A stretch of DNA of 64,000 bases, taken from contig OZ024740.1 of NCBI GenBank assembly GCA_964016885.1, positions 180,110,001-180,174,000 of the forward strand, given 5' to 3'. Source of the stretch: Eledone cirrhosa (taxonomy: Eukaryota). Below are positions 52,171 to 64,000 of this stretch, one piece after another. The position numbers and the translations under genes are program-made. The notes under the pieces are model-generated. The model worked only from the letters and a program-made list of their open reading frames with translations. It did not search any database and was not told where the DNA came from. Within the stretch, counting starts at the first letter, position 1, and every line of letters begins with the position of its first letter.

Positions 52171-54544
52171 ATATATATAGAGAGAGAAATATATATCGAG
52201 ACATATATATATATGTGTGTGTGTGTGTGAGTGTGTGTGCGTGTGTGTGTGTAACCCTTTAGAATGTATAAACACAATTTATTCATACCTTTACACGTAC
52301 ATACATAAATTCAATCCATTTCGTATCGTAATCATATTGCTACAATCAGAAATTCAGTTTTCAAATCATCCATTACCTCCTTTTAACCGAGCAATTGTCC
52401 TTGTAAATAGGTATATCTTCAAATTTACTCATGCAAGTAATCATGTGTGATATGTGTACCTATATACTGAAAATGTATGTAATTATATCCTAAAATTAAA
52501 TTTCGGAAGCTTTCATAACTTTTATCAAAGCCACATATCAATAAGCAACTCAAACTTTACTATTTCTCATATATTATGCATAATTCAAAAAATACAAAGT
52601 TGCCACATACATTTATCTTATATATCCCACTATGACTTATCTAATATTTGGTAATCATAATATACAGGCCATGCCAAACTTTGTCTCTAAACATCTAATC
52701 ATTTCAAAAGTAAAGAATTAAATATTTCAACTGAAAAACATTAATAATGAGTTTTAACATTGAAACACGATTAGATATGATGGTCACATTGGAAGTGCCG
52801 ATTATGTAGAGCAAGGTATATGATTAATACTTTATTTTACTGACACCCGAAGAGATGATCATTCTAACCCTGTAATTATTCTGCTATTACAACGAATCAC
52901 ACCGAACATAGTTGTATGCCCTATAATTATAAAGGTGAAGTAATGTGGCCCCAAGGTTATGAATATAAATTGTTACAGTTATTACAATCTCCACGTCATT
53001 ATACCTTTCAAAAATGTTTCTATAGACTGAATTTAGTATACATTTTTTCGATACATAAATTATATATATTATTTATATGACTGCTCCATTATGATTCATC
53101 CATGCCAGGCGAAGCTCTTCATTTCAGCACCGGCAGTAATACCCTACTAATGCATCCATACTCTAGAATCCGCGTTCTGTGCATTTGCCTTTCTATCCAT
53201 ATTTCGGTTTTGCCCTGGAAACTTGTATATGTTATTTAGAACGTCAATCATCTCAGCCAGGTTAATATTTTCTGTTTTGATTTGCGATTAACATGATGTA
53301 CGTTAGTTATTGAAGCTGATTTGTAACACATAGTCTGCTCTGAATGATACAGCATGATCCAAAGATGTATATTCAGAGTTATAACTTGTCACCAAGCTAG
53401 AAATCCTACTCTACTGTTTTACTTCTTCTATGATATCGAATGCGTAATCGAACTCAGTGGGATTTCAAAGCTGTGTGAAAACAGCTAGCGCCTTAATACT
53501 TCTGCCACTTTGATGCTTTTTACAACGTACAAAGGAGAATATCATTGTATGATTTCCTCTGAATTTTATATTGTAATTCAATATTTCAGGGGGACACGAT
53601 TTCTATCTTAACAAGTAAATCACATTCAAACGCTATTCTTATATCTGATATTTACTCTAAATATTGTGTGGGAAAAATTAATATTGCGAGTTATAAAACC
53701 TTTCCGAATTCTGTCTTTGTTTTCATAAAATAGAATATGCTCTAATAGGTAACAATCATAAACAATGACCCATGAATTCAACTATTCCCATTCCAAAGCC
53801 TTGACTTTCTCCCATATTCAAATTATCAAATTTAGATGTTTAAATGACACATTTGACTTTGGTGATATTTGAATAAACGAACACATAAGAGGAACATATG
53901 AAAAAAAGTGATGCACCTATTTCATAGTGTTAGGTTTTTTTTATCATACCGCTATTTATATATAACTGGGATCCTATTATGACAGCAGTTACCAAATCCC
54001 TCTGTAGTATTTATATTTGACATGCTATATCTTATAGTAATTTCGTTAATGTACACATTTTAAAATCATTTCATAATATTCCTGTTCAACTTACGTATAC
54101 AGTTGCCGTCTCAGAGAAAGGGGTATAAAAAAAAATACAATGAAGCATTTCTATTTTTGTGCATTATTGATACAAAATCCTAGTTTAAAAGAATTAGAGT
54201 TTGCTTTACTGAACATATACATATGATGCGTAGGTTATATTGCTGAATGGATAATATAAGCAATTTCTGATAGTTACGGGTATAAAAGCATTTAGATTGA
54301 ATATAACACCGGGAATTATTTCTATTACGTTTCTATATGTTACTATATAAAATTAAGTCAGTGTCTCATGGTGCAACATATTTCGTAAGTTTTCATTCCA
54401 AACCAACAGTATTGTATTATGGAAGATATCAAGATAAGGAATTGAAATTTTGTTTACTTGATATTAATATAAATATAAATGGACTGATGACAAAGCCATT
54501 AAGATAATAAAAGAGGCGAGCATAAGTCAGAATAAACAGATGAA

Positions 54545-54985
54545 TAATAATATTCGTTTCTGATTTCGGGACAAGTTCAAAAACATTTGGGGGAGGGAAA
54601 ATCCATTAATTCGACCGCAGTGCATTGCGTGTGCTTTATTTTATCGAACCCGATAAAAGCTAAGATCTGCACGTTTTGAGATCAGCAGTTAAAGAGCCGT
54701 GACTAAATACCGAAAAACATTTTGTCCGACGCTCTACAGATACTACCAATCCACCAATTACAACAACAACAACAACAGCAATAATAATAATAAAAATAAT
54801 AAAAATAAAAATAATTATTTCTACTTTTGGCACAAGGCCAACAATTAGCCCAGGGCATTACTGGTGCTTTATTTTATCGACCCTGTAAGAATGGAAGGCA
54901 AGATATGAACTCAGACAGTAAAGCGGCATAACTCTATGCTGCAAAATATCACTCCAGAGGCTCTACCGATATTGCCAATCCAAAT
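54545..54985 (-). mobile_element. Two tandem tRNA-derived SINE copies (54545-54760, 54812-54985)
   Basis: Similar to 19552-19740, including ttattttatcga(a/c)cc and gata(c/t)t(a/g)ccaatcca. Confidence 0.6.
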
Positions 54986-55855
54986 TAATAATAATTTCTT
55001 TATTGACAACAAGGGCCTACATATATAGACAGGGATACGGCGTTACAGAAAAAAACTCGAGTAAGAAAAAAAAACAAAAAACAATAAGCAATACAATAAC
55101 AATACAAATTCCCCCAATAGGGAATAGAACCACCCGAGGGCAACACCAGTACAGCACCTACCTTGAACCAACCTCCTTGAGAAGAAGATGAAGAAGAAGA
55201 AGAAGAAGAAGAACCACTTTTTCTATATCATGGATCGGTTAATAATTTGGGTACTTATTAACAAACTCGTAACTAAAGTAAAATCTAATAGGAGTCGAAG
55301 AGAGCTCATTAATACCAGATGCTACTAAAGTAAACATATTTCAACGCCTTGCATTTGTCGTCGTTGTACTACGTTTATTATTTAACAAGTATTTCTTAAA
55401 AAAAATGATTGCTTTGAGCCCTTGCTATGCCACAATATTATTTTCTGATCTAAAATATATTTTTCCCCTTTTGATATTCTGGTTACAGAGTACATTTTAT
55501 CAATAGAATGAGAAAAAAGAAATTAAAGGTGTAAGTACTTCCCCCTTGTATAGAAAGACATGAACTAGAATACACTAGGTTTTTTTTTAAATCAAGTTGT
55601 CCTTATTAAATGAATAAAGTTTTTTTCTTAATTATATATATAAATTTTACAATTTTTTGTATTACTATCATCACGAATACTAACAGCACGTACAAGAGAA
55701 CATATTTCTTCGCGGAGATTTTATATCGATATTAATTTATTTTTTAATACACGTTTTATATTGTATACACAGACTCACACGCTTATATGCACACATACAC
55801 ACACACACATATATATATACATACATATATATATATATATAAATATATATAAATA

Positions 55856-55921
<66 letters not shown>

Positions 55922-55945
55922 TATATGTATATATATATATAAATA

Positions 55946-55999
<54 letters not shown>

Positions 56000-56023
56000 T
56001 ATATGTATATATATATATAAATA

Positions 56024-56185
<162 letters not shown>

Positions 56186-56445
56186 ATTTCTAGGAAAACT
56201 AAAAGTATTGACCGGAATCATTGGAAAATTGGCTTACTAATTCAAAAGTTTTATAAATATCCAGAGGGTGGTAATTTAATAGAAATCATTACTTTATTTT
56301 TATCTGTTCGTTTCCTTATTTATTTATTTATTCATTTTTGTAAATATTTATAAAGATACATCGGCAGAAAATAATTTTACCATGGATTTCATCATTTCAA
56401 ATGCAGTATCATTTTATCATATTATATATGTATACATACATACGT

Positions 56446-56482
<37 letters not shown>

Positions 56483-57213
56483 CAATATTCAGAAGATAAA
56501 TAACGAAGACTGAATTACATTCCGTCTAGATACATCTTTATATTTTATTTCTTTTTCATCATGCTTCTTATATTTCTACCATATTTATTTTTTTTTTCTA
56601 ATTATAATTCTGTTTTTTATCTTCTTCTCCGTCTCTCATGTGTATATATGTGTGTGTGTGTGTGTGCATATGAGTGTAAATCTGTATACAAGTCAGTGTA
56701 AATCTGCATGAATGTCTGAATGCATATGTGTGTGTATGTGTTTGTGTCTGTATGTCTGTGTGTGTCAGTGTGTGAATTATGAAACTAAATAATCAATTTC
56801 TTTATTGAAAACAAAAATTAAATACATAGAAAACTGAATAGATTATTCCTAATGTAAAACTACAAAATCTCGTTACAATCTTATAGTATTTCGTTGCTGA
56901 CAGAAGCGAGAAATATTTTAAATTGCGAACCATATAAGATTAATCTATCAATCAAAATAGATCAGGCCTTGCAGTAACGTAATTTAACAGTTATACACGG
57001 ATAGTAATCGACAGAACTGCATATCTATATCTATCTATCTATCTCCTCCCTATTGAAGATTTTGTTATTCAATTTATTTTTGTTATATTTTATATTTTTA
57101 TATAATTATATTTTGTTATTGTCTCCTCATTATTGAGGATGCCTTTTTTATGTAAACTCCCCCCATTTTACTTGTCCCACTCTTTGATGCCCTGGTGGCA
57201 AATAAAAAGAAAG

Positions 57214-57245
<32 letters not shown>

Positions 57246-57927
57246 GTATATATATATACCCACCCACCCGCAATCTCAAGAACGTGAAACTAATAAACCT
57301 TTGTTTGTACTTTCTCTCTGTTTTGTTCCCGTTCCATTTTTCACCTATATATATATATATATATATTAGGATTGGTGCTCTAAAATAGCGATGTATACAT
57401 GAATGTATGTATAGTATACCGTATTTTTAATTAAAAACATTTAGAAGAGCATACGCCAAAAAGAAGTAAGTGATATAGTCACTATTCTAAAACTGATAGC
57501 GTATGGTCTTCTAGATGTTGCTAATTAAACATACTGTATATTGCCAAATATTGTATACATGCAATCATATATATATACATATATATATATCTATAAACAT
57601 CCGTATAGAGTGGACGAGTGAAAATAAAGGTTACTCAGTAGCGAAATATAGATTAAGTAGCCACATAACTTACTATTCTGACTCATGTTGGCAGTAGGCG
57701 TAGTAACCACTCATGGTAAATTTGTGGGTTTACGAAGCTATTTAACACCTATTTGGATTGGATCCCCATTCACTCTGAAGACTTCTTAAGAGCTTTTTGA
57801 TGTTTGCGCTGCTGGGGTTCTATTTTCGATTCTCTCCAGACCAGAGTTTGGTTTACATAGTACCAGAAGCCTGAGTCGCCAGACCTGACCACACACACAC
57901 GCACACACACACACACACACACGCCCA

Positions 57928-57972
<45 letters not shown>

Positions 57973-58003
57973 AATAAACACAACCTTACACACACACACA
58001 TAT

Positions 58004-59704
58004 AGACCTAGAAGAAATAGATCCCGTCGCATTTGTTGGTTTAACCCACCATATAATATGGAGGTGGCCACACCATTAGCTAACATCTTTCTTTCCCTTA
58101 TTACGAAGCATTTTCCCCCTACACATAAATATAGTAAACTTTGTAATAGAAATACTATTAAAATTTCTTACTCTACGACTCCTAACCTTGCACATAACAT
58201 CACAGCTTCAAATTTAGCTAAACTACCTAGCCGTAGGAACACGTGCAACCCTGTAGTTAGTACTAACTGTAATTGTAGGAATCGGGCTGATTGCCCCCTA
58301 TCCGGGAAATGCCTCTCTAGTAACATTGTCTACAAATGTAAGGTTGTAACACCCACGTCCCGTAGGGCCTACACAGGGTTAACCGCCAATAGTTTCAAGC
58401 AGCGTCTTTACATGCATACCCAATCTTTTCGTTACCCTCTAAGAAGGAATATGACGTCACTTTCAGCTTATATCTGGAGTCTAAAAGACAACCACACCCA
58501 ATATAAGTTACACTGGGAGATCCTAGCTAGGGCTAGATCGTATAACGGAAGTAAAAGACCATGTGACCTCTGCGCCGCTGAGGCCCTGGAAATACTCTAC
58601 GCTACAGACCACATCTTAAACAAAAAATCTGAGGCAATTTCGGCTTGTAAACATAAATTGCACAAAACTTTCCTGTATTACAGCCCCACGTTATACCCTA
58701 ACGGATAGCACGATCTATACGTGGATATTTTACGTCTTGATGTGGGAGTTAAGTATATGTTTTGTTTATTCCTTTACTTATTTGCATAGGTAAGTATATA
58801 TTACCCGTATGTTTTGTGAAGGTATGTATACCTTCTCGTACGTATATTTGACTGTTATAGCGTATAATTTTTACATATTCTGGTATTTAGGGTTTGGCTA
58901 TGTGTATACGGGAGTTTTGCGTCCGCGTGAGTGTGCAGGTTCGTACGTATGGTGGGTGTGTGTATATGTGTAGTTCTTGTTTTAGTTGACTTACGTCTCC
59001 GAACATTCGAGTATTTATATGTAGGTATGCGTGTGCGCTTGTTATATACGTATTTAATTACTTATATACGTTTATATAATTATTTATTTATTTGTACACA
59101 AGCATACACACACACACATATTTATATGTGCGTGGTTTTGTATACCCATGGTAGGTTTTGCGTATGCTTTTGTATGTACGTATCTGTTTGCGTGTATGTA
59201 TTTATTTGTTTCTATTACTTCTGTATTGTATTTATTTACTTTGTTCTTAACTCTGTAGCGGAGATTCTTTTGGTCTCCTAGTTAGAATTTTAGTCTACGA
59301 TTTCTGCTATACCATTTACGTGGTTTTGTCTTTGCGTGCTATTGTTCTCCACGCTCCACATACGACTCATTATCTTCGTTTTTTCGTTCATTGCCAGAGA
59401 ACGTCTCTATGCACCACCTAAGAGAACATTAGTCTACGACCTCTTTTATACCATAAACGTGGTTTTGTCTTTGCGCGTAATTGTTTTTCACCGCTCCTAT
59501 TAATGACGTATTATTCGTTTTTTCCCGTTCTTTGCCAGGGAACGTTACCACGAACCAAAGTATCGTATTCCTGTCTTCCTCAGGTTGCAACGTTTTTTGA
59601 AATATCCAGTGCTGCGTTTACAGATTGACTTTGTTAGTTTCAGAGGATCTCCCGTTAAGGGTGAAAGCAGCGATTCTTTGCTTAAACTTTAATCTGTTAT
59701 TTTA

Positions 59705-59710
<6 letters not shown>
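58004..59710 (+). mobile_element. 5'-truncated PLE: GIY-YIG ORF (58004-58708) plus long 3' tail
   Basis: RSRRICWFNPPYN...CNCRNRADCPLSGKC..IVYKC..AYTGLT..FKQRLYMH..CDLC..ACKH. The tail has a ~139 bp duplication (59291/59430) and a decayed HHR end at 59640-59680. Confidence 0.85.
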
Positions 59711-59745
<35 letters not shown>

Positions 59746-59752
59746 TATGTGT

Positions 59753-59944
59753 ATAGGATAAAGTATGGCCCCGACGGCAGAGCTCAAGCCGTCTCGACGG
59801 CTATTTAAGTCCAGAATTAGCCGTCGAAACGATTTGAGCTCTGCCGTCGGGGTCATACTTTTTCCTATTACCCACTCTACTACCCTAAGTTTTGAGTACT
59901 CTGGTGCGTTATCGTCCATCTGGCTCCTTACCACAATTATTTTG

Positions 59945-59948
<4 letters not shown>
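59753..59948 (+). mobile_element. Short PLE 3' end with 5' inversion (family of 46082-49986)
   Basis: 59805-59945 matches the pLTR 3' end; 59753-59803 is its inverted copy. Confidence 0.8.
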
Positions 59949-59980
<32 letters not shown>

Positions 59981-60036
59981 CCCCACATACACATACACAC
60001 AACACACACACACACGCGCGCGCGCACACACACACG

Positions 60037-60074
<38 letters not shown>

Positions 60075-60942
60075 AGAAAGGGAGTGATAAAATACCAGGT
60101 GGACCATAACCCACCAGAGTGGGCAATATGAAAAGATACCTGGAACCCGACACTGAATATTTTAATAAGATATGATTCGATATTTAGAATGTAATTCCTT
60201 CTTCTTCCTCTTCTTCTCCTTTCGATTGTTGTTTAATTCTAAATTAAATCTTGTTAGTTCCGGAACTGCATGTTTTTATTTCCAATCTACTTAACTACAT
60301 GGTTAATAATGTCTTCTATCAATACGTGTTTGATTAAATAACGCGTACCCCAGTTACAGTATTGACTGAAATCCCCGAATCCACATATTTGTATCCTTTT
60401 TATCTTCTATATAAGAATAATTTATGAGTAAAATGAAATATTATCGTTAATTGCTGGCGGAATTCAAGAGATTAAACTTAGAATATTGAAAATTATATAT
60501 ATAGATGAATTTACTCTTATTTAGTAACATCACATCAATATGTGGTGTAGTTCAAAATAATAAAAGTGCCTTTATTAAGCATGTAGGGCAAATAGAAATA
60601 TATATTTACGATCTGTATAATATGTAAATATACATACGAGGCATAATATGTAAATATACATACTTCAAGTTTTCTTACGTGTTATTGTGTATTGATGTTC
60701 CCCGTCAACTATCTGTTTTATGGCGCTTCGTATACTTCAATAACATCAATTAGTAATTAATTGAATAAACATAACCAAACGTAAATTAAATTGACAGACA
60801 AAGTATACAGTTGGTTAAAAGCATAATGTTATACGATGTCCGATTTTTGCCAAGATTAAGGCCAGCTGCTAAAATAATCTTTTGCAAGTAAAGTTTTATT
60901 GACAGATTATCACCCAAATTTGCATTTGCATGCAATAGTGAC

Positions 60943-61082
<140 letters not shown>

Positions 61083-61083
61083 A

Positions 61084-61149
<66 letters not shown>

Positions 61150-61237
61150 TGTTTATGAGTATGTGTGTATACATATATGAAAAAGACCACATTCATATTA
61201 CACACACACACACACACTCACACACACACACTCTCAT

Positions 61238-61268
<31 letters not shown>

Positions 61269-61276
61269 AACATATA

Positions 61277-61470
61277 GTATTCGCGATTGTGAGGCTGTGA
61301 GTTCGATTCTTGGACCGAGTGGTGCGTTATGTCCTTGAGTAAGACACTTTATTTCATCTTGCTCCTTCTCCCTGGAGTTGCCACCGATAGATAGCATTAA
61401 CAATTGGAAAGACCAACGGAAACATTGTTTCCTCGGTCCGGTACGACGAAAGTTGATCGACTGTCGATAT
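61277..61470 (+). mobile_element. tRNA-derived SINE with CORE-like domain
   Basis: B-box gagttcgattc, gcgttatgtccttgagtaagacacttta; homolog at 29995-30210. Confidence 0.65.
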
Positions 61471-62609
61471 ATATATATCTATATATATATATATATATAT
61501 GATAAAGAACACAAGAGCGTCTACAACATCAAAAGATTTTTATTGGCTTACAATGTTTCTTCCTTACGTAACTATAAAAGGGGTTTGATTGGTGTTATGG
61601 ACTCTACCAACCAAACATTCAAGAACAAAGAGTAAAGAGAGTAAAGAGCAAAAGTAGGGGACGATAAGTCTAATTTTGGTGCGGGAGGGTGGGGTATGGG
61701 TCCTTGTTTACTAGCTGCGGTCATATTCATTCCCGGGAGTCGAGTGGTTAGCTGAACCATAGATGGGGTGGCGTTGATAGTATGGTGCAGAGGGTGTGCA
61801 GAGGCTACACAAACACAAAGGGCATACAATATATATATATATATAGCGGAGGAGAAAGTACATGAGGTAATTAGAAATGGAAAAAGAGTAATAATAATAA
61901 TCTATAATTAATAGTGTATAATAAGGCATGGGGAAGATTACACTATAATGAGGTATAAAAGTAAGAATAAGGTAAAATATAAAGGAGGATAAAAGTGGAA
62001 ATAATAAAAATAAAAAAATATATATGTAAAAAAATATATAGAGAATATATAAAGAAATATAAGCGAATATTTGGAGGGGAAAACACAATGTAAAAAAACC
62101 GATTTTTTCAATTAAAAATTAAAATATTATAATTATGGGGAGAGAAAACGGGATAGAGAAATATCATCAAATGTGATTAGTTGAGAGAATATAAGATGAT
62201 GATAGTTATGTCAAGTTTATACATCTTAATAATAAATAATCTGTGTATCAGATATATATATATATATAGCCACAGGGAAATGTATTTCTTAAATAATATC
62301 AAGTAACAAGCATTGTTATTTGCAATATATACATCTTAAATATCATAAATAGAGCTTTCCACAAAGTCAGCGCACTATTTAAATAGAAAAGAAATAATTA
62401 TGTTCGAGATAGGGAGTTACTATAGTTTGATACATTGTAATTACTATAATCCATAACCTTTAAGTATCTATCAGAAAGCAGTGTCCTAGAGCGATGTCTT
62501 GTTATAATTGGGGAGTGTCATATTTTAATAATATTTCCATAGTTAATTTATTTGGCAATCAATATTTATCACTGGCTGACCAACGGTTAGAAATACAGAT
62601 TTAAATATA

Positions 62610-64000
62610 TATATATGTAGTCTATCAAAGTTCTTTCGTTGCACATCTGCAACATCATCAGTGGTAGTATTATCATGTTCCCTCCTATTTTATTGTAATA
62701 TTTATGCCATTTTTATTTTATTTATTTATTTATTCATTTATTTATTAATTTATTCTTGACCCCGTCTCTGCGCATGCATGTGTGTGTGTGTGTAATGTTT
62801 CGTGTGTGTATTTTGGTTTTTCGTGTGTGTATGTATTTTGGTGTTGTATTAGTGTGTATTTATATGTGTTTGTTGTTATTGTACTTGTGTATATATTTAT
62901 TATTTATTTATATTTCCCTTAAGTCGGTATTGTTCGTTTGGTTATGGTTGTTGTTGTTATTCCATTCATCTTTTTCTGTTTAATTTTGGTCTTCTAAGCT
63001 CTATTTCAGTTGCTGCCCTCTTTTGCCTACCTGTTGAGTCATTTCAATGTTTAGATATAATTTTAATTTCTATGTTGTCTATATTACCATCATGTCTTTT
63101 TCTGGCGTGCTTGTATAGTACTGAACCGTTTTTTATCCTTTTATTTCCCCCCAATGTTGGTCTATTCTTTCTCCTATGCTTCGGGCTGTCTCACCTATGT
63201 ATGACGTTGTCAAGTTTCTGCAGGTACCCTCTGTATATCTTATGCTATAGACACCATTTCTAGATTTACAGTTTATTTGGGGGTTCATTTTACATATAAC
63301 ACCTTTCGTATTTGTACAGTGGGTTTCCTTATAGGGGTATGTTGTGCTGATCAGGGATTTTATGTTAGTTCCTGGATTTTCTACCAGTTTAATCCTTATG
63401 TGGGTCTTTTTTAGGGCCTTTCTACACTGGTTAGCTAATTTCCCCCCAGGGTAGCATCCACGAACATGACACTCTTGTGTCTCTGGTTGTCGTACCATGA
63501 ATTGGCTTTCCCTAACTCATGTTTAGTCTTATCTAAGCTATTCTATGATCTGCTCCTGAGTAATGGACAAATTCCTTTCATGTCCATTTCTATGAGAATC
63601 TTATACTTCTATGTGGCTTCTTTGTATACTCTGATTCTGTCTCTTTGGTTGTAGCCAGAGAACTGCAGGTGGTTGAGAAAATGTTGGAAGTATCTTTCCA
63701 TTTCACGTTGGTCGCTCATGTGGGACACTTTCTTCATTACGCGTACTAAATCTGCGATCAGAATATTAAACTTAGCACTACTGGACATTGCTGTGTTTTT
63801 GAGTATCAAGTATTTGGAGGACATGGGTTTAGCATAGTATGAGTGGAGAAATTCGGCCCTCTCGTCTGTAGTGTTAATCCAGAGTGCTGTGTCTAATACT
63901 GGTAGTCTATTGTTAGGGCGTTTGGAAGGGTAGTCTACAGTTACAGTTATACTCTGGTGTATGGAGATAGTTATCTGCTGGATGCTTTCCATTGTGTTAT
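62610..64000 (-). mobile_element. Decayed PLE of a second lineage (RT C-terminus, GIY-YIG, tail with HHR); runs off the window
   Basis: 63609-63992 TVDYPS..RLPVLDTALW..YYAKPMSS; 63133-63498 CKSRNGVYSI...YIGETARSIGERIDQH. Confidence 0.8.
62622..62667 (-). ncRNA. Minimal type I hammerhead
   Basis: ctacca-CTGATGA-t-GTTGCA(gatg)TGCAAC-GAAA-gaac-TT-tgatag. Confidence 0.75.

Noticed and set aside
61545-61675. Minus-strand GAAACATTGTAAGCC-AATAAA with an upstream hairpin
   Set aside because: The 5' catalytic core is unrecognisable; possibly a decayed PLE tail.

Overview
AT-rich, microsatellite-laden eukaryotic DNA with no recognisable host gene. The SINE and repeat content resembles a coleoid cephalopod (inference). 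The window is almost entirely mobile elements. (1) A head-to-tail array of four Helitron units (1970-9936): one near-full-length unit with a decayed STPR-Zn-Rep-PIF1 helicase gene and three deleted derivatives, plus two separate non-autonomous Helitrons. (2) Several Penelope-like elements (PLEs), including a young RT+GIY-YIG copy with ~1 kb inverted terminal arms (46082-49986). (3) About 20 intact or decayed type I hammerhead ribozyme (HHR) motifs read by eye, nine of them within 42.2-46.3 kb, including U3:A8 core variants and long stem II forms. (4) Two non-coding tandem, circularly permuted, HHR-bearing repeat families (retrozyme-like, ~425 and ~530-560 nt monomers) and a third family of the same architecture (~540 nt) with no intact hammerhead. 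(5) RTE, R4/Dong and L1/Tx1-like LINE relics, tRNA-derived SINEs, and a duplicated foldback made of two convergent tRNA-like heads. All structures were derived by manual reading, so coordinates may be off by a few bases.
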